Positions 7,685 through 15,029 are shown, counted from the stretch's first letter. The stretch is 43,458 nucleotides of DNA from Acidobacteriota bacterium (GCA_043759095.1 JAYVMG010000382.1:1-43458), one strand, 5' to 3'. The notes: a model not told the origin generated them from the letters alone. Program-made: numbers and translations.

Positions 7685-9471
7685 CGCCAGATCGAGAACG
7701 GGCCTTCGTGCCAGACCGCGTGCAGGCCGCTTGGTGGCCGCCATTCCGGAGCAGGGTCGAGGCCGATCCACACACAGGCGTTCGCGCCCGATGGTCGAGT
7801 GGTACCGCGCTCGGCGCCTTCGTGCATGAACGTCAGCCCGGCCGCTCGGCCCAACGCCCACAGCGGGTACTCCCACGAATCGTAGTCGGCAAACAGGCCG
7901 ACCCTCGCGCAGCCGGTTCCGTTGATCTGACGAATCATCGCCGCGTATGGGCGATACAGGTCGGGCCGGCTCGCGAAGTACTGCTCGTCGCGCGAGGCCG
8001 TCAGCACGCTGCGGCGCGCCTGCGTCGCCCACGGAATCAGCGGGCGAGTCGTGTTCGCGAGCAGACTCGGCAGCGCACTCACGATAAGCACGGCAACAGC
8101 GACAGGCAACCACAGCCCGCGAAGACGGCCCAACAGCAACGCGACGCATGGTGCGCCGAGCACGAACAGCGGCAGGTGGAGGCGGCCGTTGAAGGGCTGC
8201 CAGCGGACGGTCATCCCGACGAGCAGGATGCCTGCAGCGAGCGTCAGGATCATCGCGCGCTGTTCACGCCGAACACGGCGCCATGTGCCGACCGCGATCG
8301 CAAAGCCGACAATGCCCAGGAGAAACTGCAGCGGGTTGCCTGCCTGACCCTCGTCGTTGGACCAGGGCACAACGCGGAAGCCGCCGAAGTACGGATACAG
8401 CTGTTTCAGATCCAGTCCGACGGCAGCGTGCATCGCCGCGGCGGCCAGGTCCATCCGGTTGTTCACGCCAGCCCACGGCGTGCCGAGATGAATCGTCGCG
8501 TTGGCCGCCAGGTTGGAGACAATCACTGAAGGTGCGAGCGAGGTGGGACGCAGGATGCCCTGAACGTCGGTCGGTCCCAGCGGGTTGTTGAACGCATCAA
8601 GATTTCTGGCGTACTGGCCCGCGTTCAACACCAGGATCGTCAGCCCCACGAGCGCCGCCTGCCGCACGCCCGTCCGCATGCCGGACGATCGCAGTGCGAC
8701 GAGAAACAGCAGTAGCCACGGAATGCCGATGGGGAGCGCTGTGCCCTTCGTGCCGATCGCGAGGCCGGAGGCCGCGCCGAATAACACGGCATCGACGATT
8801 CGTCCTTTCGGGGCGATGTACTCGGCGAGCGCGATGTACGCGGCGATGGACAGCCACAACGCCGCGAGCAGATCGTTTTGCGCCGACGAAGACTCCAGCA
8901 CCACGATCGGCGTCGTCATCACGACGGCCGCGGCGACCAGTTGCAACGAGCGCGACGCTCCCAGCAGCCTCGCGATCTCCATCGCGGCGACCGCCACGCC
9001 GAGGTACGCGATCCATTGCGGCACGTTGGCGAGGTAGTCCAGACCGCCGAGCATGGCGTAGCCGACAAGGATGATGTACTCGGCAAACGGCGGCTGCCAG
9101 AGTTGACGATCGATGGGTGTGGGGTAGAACGCGACCGTGCCGTGGTCGTACCACTGGGCCACGCGCGCCATGTGATACGTCATCGCATCCCAGTGATTCG
9201 GTGGCGCGGCCAGCGCGACGATCAGCGTGCAGGCGCCGGCCAGCGCGAGTCCAATGATGATGACGCGGTCCAATCGTTGGAGCGGCGTGCGCGTGGCGGT
9301 TGCGACTGGACGCTGGCGCGCGAGCACGACAAAGACGGCGGCCGCCAGCAGACCAAGAGCCGTGAGGCTGACACGGCTTAACGTCTCGAACGCCGACATC
9401 CCCTCGACGCCGGCGACGACGACCGCAGTCGAGACGACGAGCGCGATGAGGAACGACCGGCGCCAAGCCAT
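7681..9471 (-). CDS. GT-C fold membrane glycosyltransferase (ArnT/PMT-like, family 39/83-like)
   Basis: 596 aa with many TM segments. First periplasmic loop carries an acidic motif (PPNHWDAMTYHMARV) typical of ArnT/PMT_2-type enzymes. Assignment is from general architecture only. Confidence 0.55.
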   Translation of the reverse strand: MAWRRSFLIALVVSTAVVVAGVEGMSAFETLSRVSLTALGLLAAAVFVVLARQRPVATATRTPLQRLDRVIIIGLALAGACTLIVALAAPPNHWDAMTYHMARVAQWYDHGTVAFYPTPIDRQLWQPPFAEYIILVGYAMLGGLDYLANVPQWIAYLGVAVAAMEIARLLGASRSLQLVAAAVVMTTPIVVLESSSAQNDLLAALWLSIAAYIALAEYIAPKGRIVDAVLFGAASGLAIGTKGTALPIGIPWLLLFLVALRSSGMRTGVRQAALVGLTILVLNAGQYARNLDAFNNPLGPTDVQGILRPTSLAPSVIVSNLAANATIHLGTPWAGVNNRMDLAAAAMHAAVGLDLKQLYPYFGGFRVVPWSNDEGQAGNPLQFLLGIVGFAIAVGTWRRVRREQRAMILTLAAGILLVGMTVRWQPFNGRLHLPLFVLGAPCVALLLGRLRGLWLPVAVAVLIVSALPSLLANTTRPLIPWATQARRSVLTASRDEQYFASRPDLYRPYAAMIRQINGTGCARVGLFADYDSWEYPLWALGRAAGLTFMHEGAERGTTRPSGANACVWIGLDPAPEWRPPSGLHAVWHEGPFSIWR

Positions 9472-9474
9472 CGC

Positions 9475-9656
9475 CTATTTCTTCGGGAAGGAGCAGGTGT
9501 CATCGCGGTCGCAGTGAATCGCGGTGTCCATGCCGCGCGCGAATCCGCGCAGGTCCTTCAAACGCGGAACTTCTCTCCAGGCGCAAGCTGCAGGGCCTCC
9601 CGGATGGCCTGCGGGATCACGACATGGAACTTGGGTGAGAGGGTAACGGCATCCAT
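9475..9656 (-). pseudogene. Remnant of an AbrB/MazE/SpoVT-type antitoxin-like gene (internal deletion plus frameshift)
   Basis: ATG at 9656 gives MDAVTLSPKFHVVIPQAIREALQLAPGEKFRV then a stop at 9558-9560. A different frame continues LKDLRGFARGMDTAIHCDRDDTCSFPKK to 9475. Both halves match the ends of SpoVT/AbrB-type antitoxins, but the middle is missing. Confidence 0.5.
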
Positions 9657-9680
9657 ATCGGTACAAAGATCGGCCGACGC

Positions 9681-11303
9681 TCAATCGAGCGAGAAGACGA
9701 ACAACGCGTGACCGCCGGCGACCGCGACGTACTGCTTGTCGCCCGCGAGAAATGACATCGGGCCAGACCGGATTGCGCCGCCGGTCTGGAACTGCCACAG
9801 CGGCTTGCCGCTCTTTGCGTCGAGCGCGTAGAAGTTGCCTTCGTTCGATCCGCTGAACACCAGTCCGCCGGCGGTGGCCATCACGCCGGCCCAGGTTGGC
9901 GTCGGCAGCGTGAAATCCCACGCCTGTTTGCCGGTTTTCACGTCGAGCGCGCGCACCGCGCCCCACGATTCCTCGTCCAGCCGTTTCTCGCTCCCTCCGG
10001 TGTAGTACGTCCCAGGCTTGTACTCGACGCCGGTCTTGTAATACACCGATCCCATTTCGCGCACCGGCACGTACAGCATGTCCGTGATCGGGCTGTACGA
10101 CGGGCTGGCCCAGTTCGTCGATCCTTGCAAGCTCGGATAGACCAGTGTTCCTTTTTCTGACGGCTCCATTCCCGGGATCTCGATCGGCCGGCCCTTTTCG
10201 TCCAAGCCCTTCGCCCATGTCTGTTTCGCGTACTGCGTGCCCAACACGTATTCGCCCGTCTTGCGATCGAGCGCGTAATAGAAACCATTGCGATTGGCAG
10301 TGACGACAAGCCGTCGGGCGCGTCCGCCGATCTGCGTATCCACGAGCACGGGGATCTGATTCGCGTCCCAGTCGTGCATGTCGTGCGGCGTGAACTGGAA
10401 ATGCCAGCGCGGCTTGCCGCTGTCGATGTCGATCGCGACCAGCGACGAGGTGTAGAGGTTGTCGCCTTTGCGCGAATCGCCGTTCCAGTCGGGACCCGGA
10501 TTGCCGGTGCCCCAGTAGAGCAGCTTCAACTCCGGATCGTATGAGCCGGTGAGCCACGTCGCGCCGCCGCCATGCACCCAGCTGTCGCCAGGCCATCCGT
10601 CGCTGCCTGGCTCGCCAGGGGAGGGGATGGTGTAGAAGCGCCACGCCGGCTTGCCGGTCTTGGCGTCGTAGGCGTCGAGGAATCCGCGGATGCCGGCCTC
10701 GCCGCCGCTGATGCCGACGATCACCTTGTCGCCGACGACGAGCGGCGCGGCGGTGATCGAATGGCCGGTCGGGTTCTCGCCGACGTGCACGGACCATCGC
10801 TCGATGCCGGCTTTCGCGTCGAGCGCGAACAGGTAACCGTCGAGCGTGCCGACGTACACCATGTTGTCGAGGATCGCGACGCCGCGGTTCACGCGCGGGA
10901 AGCCGAGGTTCAACACGCTCGGCGCGATCGGTCGTGTCCACTCCCAGATCGATTTTCCGCTCTTCAGATCCAGCGCCGCCACCATCGTCGGTCCAGAGGT
11001 GACGTACATGATTCCGTTGGCGACGACCGGGGTTGATTCAACCGAGCCGGCGCCCGGCGGCTGATACACCCAGGCCGGCCGCAACTTCGAGACGTTATCG
11101 GTCGTGATCTGTTTCAGCGGCGAGAAGCGATGCGAGCTGTAGGTGCCCGAGTACATCAGCCACTGACCCTCCTGGGCCAGCAGCGGCGCGAGGCTCACCG
11201 CGAGGAGGAATAGAGTGGCGCAAGCCTTCAGGCTTGCAGGCGCGGACGCACGACTGAAGTCGTGCGCCACTTCTGAGTCGTGCGCCACTTCTGTATTCGT
11301 CAT
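9681..11303 (-). CDS. PQQ-dependent dehydrogenase, methanol/ethanol family (8-bladed propeller quinoprotein)
   Basis: Family motifs present: RVNRGVA, GGEAGIRG, TPHDMHDWDANQ, and repeated W-containing blades (KPLWQFQTGG). The start ATG overlaps the cytochrome c stop (ATGA). The N-terminal 25 codons are made of repeat hairpins. Confidence 0.85.
   Translation of the reverse strand: MTNTEVAHDSEVAHDFSRASAPASLKACATLFLLAVSLAPLLAQEGQWLMYSGTYSSHRFSPLKQITTDNVSKLRPAWVYQPPGAGSVESTPVVANGIMYVTSGPTMVAALDLKSGKSIWEWTRPIAPSVLNLGFPRVNRGVAILDNMVYVGTLDGYLFALDAKAGIERWSVHVGENPTGHSITAAPLVVGDKVIVGISGGEAGIRGFLDAYDAKTGKPAWRFYTIPSPGEPGSDGWPGDSWVHGGGATWLTGSYDPELKLLYWGTGNPGPDWNGDSRKGDNLYTSSLVAIDIDSGKPRWHFQFTPHDMHDWDANQIPVLVDTQIGGRARRLVVTANRNGFYYALDRKTGEYVLGTQYAKQTWAKGLDEKGRPIEIPGMEPSEKGTLVYPSLQGSTNWASPSYSPITDMLYVPVREMGSVYYKTGVEYKPGTYYTGGSEKRLDEESWGAVRALDVKTGKQAWDFTLPTPTWAGVMATAGGLVFSGSNEGNFYALDAKSGKPLWQFQTGGAIRSGPMSFLAGDKQYVAVAGGHALFVFSLD
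11220..11237. repeat. GC-rich tetraloop hairpin GCAAGCC-TTCA-GGCTTGC
   Basis: Perfect 7-bp stem. Lies inside the PQQ-dehydrogenase signal-peptide region. Confidence 0.6.
11245..11293. repeat. Hairpin CGCACGAC-TGAA-GTCGTGCG plus 18-nt tandem repeat (GTCGTGCGCCAC family), copy 1, in the PQQ-dehydrogenase 5' end
   Basis: ...CGCACGACTGAAGTCGTGCGCCACTTCTGAGTCGTGCGCCACTTCTG. Read on the minus strand as EVAHDSEVAHDF. Confidence 0.85.
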
Positions 11304-12091
11304 TTCGCACCTCGCAAGGTCGCCAGATAGGCGACGAGATCGTCGAGCTGCGCTGGGACGAGCCGCGACTCGTACGACGGCATCAGCGTCGCCTCGAGTT
11401 CGCGGTCCACCCGCGCGAGATCAGCTTTCTGCAGCGCATGCACGTTGCCGCCGGCATCGCGAATGAGGATCGAGAACACATCTTCGTTGACGCGGATGCC
11501 GCGGACTTCAGGTCCGGTGTTCGGTACGGCGCGCACCACCAGGTAACCCGGTGGATGCGAGGCAGCCGGTTTCACCACCGACTCTCGCAGATACACCGAA
11601 CCGCGTCGCGAGCCAATCGTGGTCAACTCGGGTCCAAGAATTCCGCCGCGTCCGTCCACGACATGGCAGGAGCCGCAGCCGCTGGATTGGTAGACGGCCG
11701 CACCTCGCTCGGCGTTGCCCGGGCCAGGACGCGACGCGGCGCGCGAGAGCGACAGCACGTAGGTTGCGGCCTGCCGGGTGCTGCGCTCGGTGAGCCCGAG
11801 CCGGAACGACGGCATGTCGGTGCCGGTGATGCCGTTCACGACGATGTCGACGATCGAGTTGAGGCTCGTGGCGTGACGCAGCCGCCCATGGAGATTCGGA
11901 CCGGTGCCGCCATCGCCGCCGTTGCCGTGGCACCACGCGCATTGCGCATCGAAGATCCGCCGGCCTGCGGTCATATCGGAGACGGGCGCAGGTGCGCCAG
12001 ACTTGGTTTGTGCCGCGGCGAGTGTCGCCGTCAGCATCGACAGTGCGGCGAGGCACGTGACGATCAGGAGCGTTCGTCTCACGAAAAACAC
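11300..12091 (-). CDS. Di-heme c-type cytochrome
   Basis: Signal peptide plus two CxxCH motifs (CAWCH, CGSCH). The second domain resembles the Pirellula/Verrucomicrobium-type heme-binding domain. GGAGG Shine-Dalgarno upstream of the GTG start. Confidence 0.85.
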   Translation of the reverse strand: MFFVRRTLLIVTCLAALSMLTATLAAAQTKSGAPAPVSDMTAGRRIFDAQCAWCHGNGGDGGTGPNLHGRLRHATSLNSIVDIVVNGITGTDMPSFRLGLTERSTRQAATYVLSLSRAASRPGPGNAERGAAVYQSSGCGSCHVVDGRGGILGPELTTIGSRRGSVYLRESVVKPAASHPPGYLVVRAVPNTGPEVRGIRVNEDVFSILIRDAGGNVHALQKADLARVDRELEATLMPSYESRLVPAQLDDLVAYLATLRGAK

Positions 12092-12137
12092 CTCCGTCGA
12101 ACGCGGGGGAAAGCGTAGGACCGCGCGGATTATAGCG

Positions 12138-13541
12138 CTACGCGCGGAGTAACAGCGATGCGAGCTGCGTGTCCTGTTCGGGAAGCACGGTGCGCAGATC
12201 GAGCACGACGCGGTCGTGTTCGATCCGTGCGATGACGGGCGGAGTCAGCTGACGCAGGCGCTCTTCAAGCGCGTCCGCCGAGAGATCGTCCTTCGCGATG
12301 GCGACCAGCCATGTCGGCAGCTCGACGCCGGGCGCGCTGCCGCCGCCGATTGCCGAGACGCCCGCGACGATCTCGGCGCGCCAGCCTGCGGATGTGCCGA
12401 TCGCGGCCGCCAGTGTGTCCCCGCGGGGGCGGATGTCGTCCGCGGTCAGGGTCAGCATGCGCTGAACAGGGACGGTGGTTGCGGCGCGGCCGGCCGCGTA
12501 TTCGATGAGCGTCGCTTCGAGTGCGGCGTAAGTCATTTTGTCGACGCGTAACGCGCGCATCAGCGGATGCGTGCGGATCCTGTCGATCAACGCTGCGCGT
12601 CCGACGATGATGCCGGCCTGGGGTCCGCCGAGGAGCTTGTCGCCGCTGAAACAGCAGACGTCGACGCCCGCCGCCACGGTCGCCTCAACTGACGGTTCCG
12701 ATCTGATGCGCATCTGATGTGCATCTGATGTGCATCTGATCGCGGCCTGATCGAGATAGCCGCTTCCGAGATCTTCGGCGATGGGGACGTTGAGTGTTTT
12801 GCCAAGCGCGACCAGTTCTGTCAGCGACGGGCGTTCGGTGAACCCCTCGATCCGGAAATTCGAGGGGTGGACGCGCAGGATCAGCCCCGTGCGTGCGTTG
12901 ATCGCTGCGCCGTAATCGGATACGCGGGTCTTGTTCGTCGTGCCGACCTCGCGCAGCGTCGCGCCCGACTGCGTCATGACGTCGGGGATCCGGAACCCGC
13001 CGCCGATCTCGACCAGCTCGCCGCGCGACACGATCACCTCGCGGCCCGCCGCCAGCGCCGCCAGCACGATCATCGTCGCCGCCGCGTTGTTGTTGACGAC
13101 GACTGCGGCCTCCGCGCCGGTCAGGCGACAGAGGAGCGCTTCGGCGTGCACGTCGCGTCGCCCGCGCGACCCATGGCCGAGGTCGTACTCGAGAGATGAA
13201 TAGCCGCGCCCCACCTCGATGACGCGCGCGATGGCCGACGGGGCGAGCGGCGCCCGGCCCAGGTTCGTGTGGAGGATGACGCCGGTCGCGTTGATCACCG
13301 CCTGGAGCGACGGTCTGAAGGCGCCTCCGAGATGAGACGCCACCGCCTCCTCCATCCGCGCGACAACCGCCGCGTCGGTCGTCCAGCCCGTGTCGCCCTC
13401 GGCGATGGCGGCGCGAGCACCGGCCGCGGCGGCACGAAGGGCGTTCAGGGTGGCTTCCGCGCCGTACTGCGCCTGGAGCGCGCGCATCGCCGGCCGCTGA
13501 CGCAGTTGCTCGATCGATGGAATGACGGTGAAATCAGACAT
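12138..13541 (-). CDS. selA: L-seryl-tRNA(Sec) selenium transferase
   Basis: Conserved FSGDKLLGGPQAGIIVGR (PLP lysine) and NNNAAA motifs. Start chosen at MSDFTVIPSIEQLRQR (13541) rather than the track start 13577. Confidence 0.88.
   Translation of the reverse strand: MSDFTVIPSIEQLRQRPAMRALQAQYGAEATLNALRAAAAGARAAIAEGDTGWTTDAAVVARMEEAVASHLGGAFRPSLQAVINATGVILHTNLGRAPLAPSAIARVIEVGRGYSSLEYDLGHGSRGRRDVHAEALLCRLTGAEAAVVVNNNAAATMIVLAALAAGREVIVSRGELVEIGGGFRIPDVMTQSGATLREVGTTNKTRVSDYGAAINARTGLILRVHPSNFRIEGFTERPSLTELVALGKTLNVPIAEDLGSGYLDQAAIRCTSDAHQMRIRSEPSVEATVAAGVDVCCFSGDKLLGGPQAGIIVGRAALIDRIRTHPLMRALRVDKMTYAALEATLIEYAAGRAATTVPVQRMLTLTADDIRPRGDTLAAAIGTSAGWRAEIVAGVSAIGGGSAPGVELPTWLVAIAKDDLSADALEERLRQLTPPVIARIEHDRVVLDLRTVLPEQDTQLASLLLRA
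12701..12740. repeat. About 3.6 copies of an 11-nt tandem repeat (ATCTGATGTGC) inside selA
   Basis: ATCTGATGCGC ATCTGATGTGC ATCTGATGTGC ATCTGAT. Translated on the minus strand as IRCTSDAHQMRIRS. Confidence 0.85.
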
Positions 13542-13613
13542 GGCAGCGTGCAAATTGCAGAGTGCAGCGTGCGGCAATCAGAATCTGCAATGCTATGCTA
13601 GCACTTCACTTCC

Positions 13614-14027
13614 ATGACCTCGGATCCAGCAAAATACCGGCCGCTCGAGCGCTTCTGGCCGTATGCCGGGCTGTCGGAGCAGCCGAGCACCGCTGAGCTC
13701 GCCGCGCTCGATCCGGATCTGTACGAAGCGCTGTTCGGCGCGCAGAAGCGCCCGTTCTCGATCACCGTGGTGTTTCCGGCTCTCGACGTCCCGGCGTTTC
13801 CCGCGGCGCTTGAGATGGCGCGCGCGTCGGCGGAATTCCGCGAGACCGGCGCCGGCGAGAGCCTGCGCTATCGCGCCCGCTTCGGGTCCAGCGAGGCGTC
13901 CACGCTGCGCGATCTCTTTCAGATCGTCGGTCATTCGGACGCCACCGAGGTCCTCATCGACGACCGCCCTGTGCCATACGCCCGCGAGTTGTGGCTGCCC
14001 CTCGTCTGGTTTCTCATTCCCCGGTAA
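13614..14027 (+). CDS. Hypothetical protein (137 aa)
   Basis: GC3-rich ORF in an otherwise unoccupied region. 6-nt gap to the next same-strand ORF. No motif recognised. Confidence 0.5.
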   Translation: MTSDPAKYRPLERFWPYAGLSEQPSTAELAALDPDLYEALFGAQKRPFSITVVFPALDVPAFPAALEMARASAEFRETGAGESLRYRARFGSSEASTLRDLFQIVGHSDATEVLIDDRPVPYARELWLPLVWFLIPR

Positions 14028-14033
14028 CGTGCG

Positions 14034-14618
14034 GTGCCTCCGTCCAGCATCGAACGTGATCTGCAGCGGCTCGAAGCCGACCTGAAACAACTCGAAGCGG
14101 AATACAACATGTTCTTCGCCGGACGGCTGCCCAAACCGCCGTGGGAGACCCGCGCCCGCGTGGAAGCCACGGTCAAGCAATTCGATCGCGGGCACATGCC
14201 GAACACCGGCGATCGATTTCGTTTCACGACGCTGCAGTCGCGTTTTGCGGCGTTCATCGATCTGTGGGATCGCGGCCTGCGTGCGCGCGAGGAGGGCCGG
14301 CCGGGTCCGTTCACGCAGCAGCGCGGACCGGGAGTGCCGGACAAGAAAGTGCCGGAAGATCGCATCCTCCATGTCTCGTCGTTCGTCGATCCGGTGCGCG
14401 AAATCGACAAGCTCACCGACCTGTACGAGTCACTGGCCGAGGCGCGGCGCGAGGTGGGTGAGGAAGCGCCGCCGTTTCACAAGTTCGCGGAACTCGTGAA
14501 GAATCAGGTGAAGAAACTGCGGCTGACCGGATCGCCGGAGGTGGCGTTTCGTGTGGCCGTGAAGAACGGGAAGGTCAACTTTACGGCGCGCGGTTTGAAG
14601 GGGACGGGGAGCGAGTAA
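14034..14618 (+). CDS. Hypothetical protein with N-terminal coiled-coil (194 aa)
   Basis: ERDLQRLEADLKQLEAEYNMFF...RFRFTTLQSRFAAFIDLWDRGLRAREEG. Coding-like codon bias, GTG start. Family not confidently recognised. Confidence 0.55.
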   Translation: MPPSSIERDLQRLEADLKQLEAEYNMFFAGRLPKPPWETRARVEATVKQFDRGHMPNTGDRFRFTTLQSRFAAFIDLWDRGLRAREEGRPGPFTQQRGPGVPDKKVPEDRILHVSSFVDPVREIDKLTDLYESLAEARREVGEEAPPFHKFAELVKNQVKKLRLTGSPEVAFRVAVKNGKVNFTARGLKGTGSE

Positions 14619-14622
14619 AAAA

Positions 14623-14677
14623 GGGCTGAGGGCTTAGGGCGGAGGGCGTCGATCGCCCTGAACCCTGGCCTCAGCCC
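14623..14677. terminator. GGGCTGA-heptad inverted array forming a hairpin between convergent genes (likely bidirectional terminator, no U-tract)
   Basis: GGGCTGAGGGCTTAGGGCGGAGGGC gtcgatc GCCCTGAACCCTGGCCTCAGCCC. Confidence 0.6.
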
Positions 14678-14686
14678 TGACAGAGG

Positions 14687-14890
14687 TCAGATCTTGGTGA
14701 CGTTGCCGGCCTGCGGGCCCTTGGGGCCGTCGACGATTTCGAACTCGACCGCCTGGCCTTCCTCGAGCGAGCGGAAGCCGTCGCCCTGAATGGCCGAGTA
14801 ATGCACGAAGACGTCGCTGCCTCCGTCGCGCTCAATGAACCCGTAGCCCTTGGCGTTGTTGAACCACTTGACCTTGCCTGTGATGCGCAT
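14687..14890 (-). CDS. Cold-shock protein (CspA family)
   Basis: 67 aa, [34 protein letters not shown], carrying RNP1/RNP2 motifs. Confidence 0.95.
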   Translation of the reverse strand: MRITGKVKWFNNAKGYGFIERDGGSDVFVHYSAIQGDGFRSLEEGQAVEFEIVDGPKGPQAGNVTKI

Positions 14891-14935
14891 CGTTCTATTT
14901 CCTGCTTGCTGTGACGCGAGACCGCGTCTTTGAAC

Positions 14936-14964
14936 AAAAAAAAAGGCCGCGTTGTGCGGCCTTT
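14936..14964 (-). terminator. Intrinsic-terminator-like hairpin plus U9 inside the csp 5' leader (candidate attenuator)
   Basis: Minus strand reads GGGAAAGGCCGCACAACGCGGCCTTTTTTTTTG, 46 nt upstream of the csp ATG. No upstream same-strand gene that it could terminate. Confidence 0.55.
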
Positions 14965-15000
14965 CCCTTACGGCGCCAGGCCCGCCCGGCGTCGAGAGCG

Positions 15001-15029
15001 ATAATACTGGACTTTCCACATTATGCCAA
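15001..15029 (-). promoter_or_regulatory. Putative sigma70-type promoter of the csp gene
   Basis: Minus strand: TTGGCA (15029-15024), 17-nt spacer, TATTAT (15006-15001). The -35 element overlaps the divergent purH start codon. Confidence 0.45.

Noticed and set aside
9514-9711. 65-aa plus-strand ORF in the glycosyltransferase / PQQ-dehydrogenase spacer.
   Set aside because: It is antisense to the recognisable AbrB-type remnant and runs into the dehydrogenase 3' end. It has no motif and poor coding bias.
12121-12147. Hairpin CCGCGCG...CGCGCGG around the selA stop as a terminator, and TATAAT (minus strand, 12134-12129) as a cytochrome c promoter.
   Set aside because: There is no U-tract and I could not find a convincing -35 element. 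It is mentioned only within the selA finding and is not listed as a feature.
12138-13541. Selenoprotein gene with an in-frame TGA near selA.
   Set aside because: I looked for adjacent same-frame ORF pairs separated by TGA in the flanking genes (cytochrome c, PQQ dehydrogenase, hypotheticals) and found none. The junctions are ordinary starts and stops.
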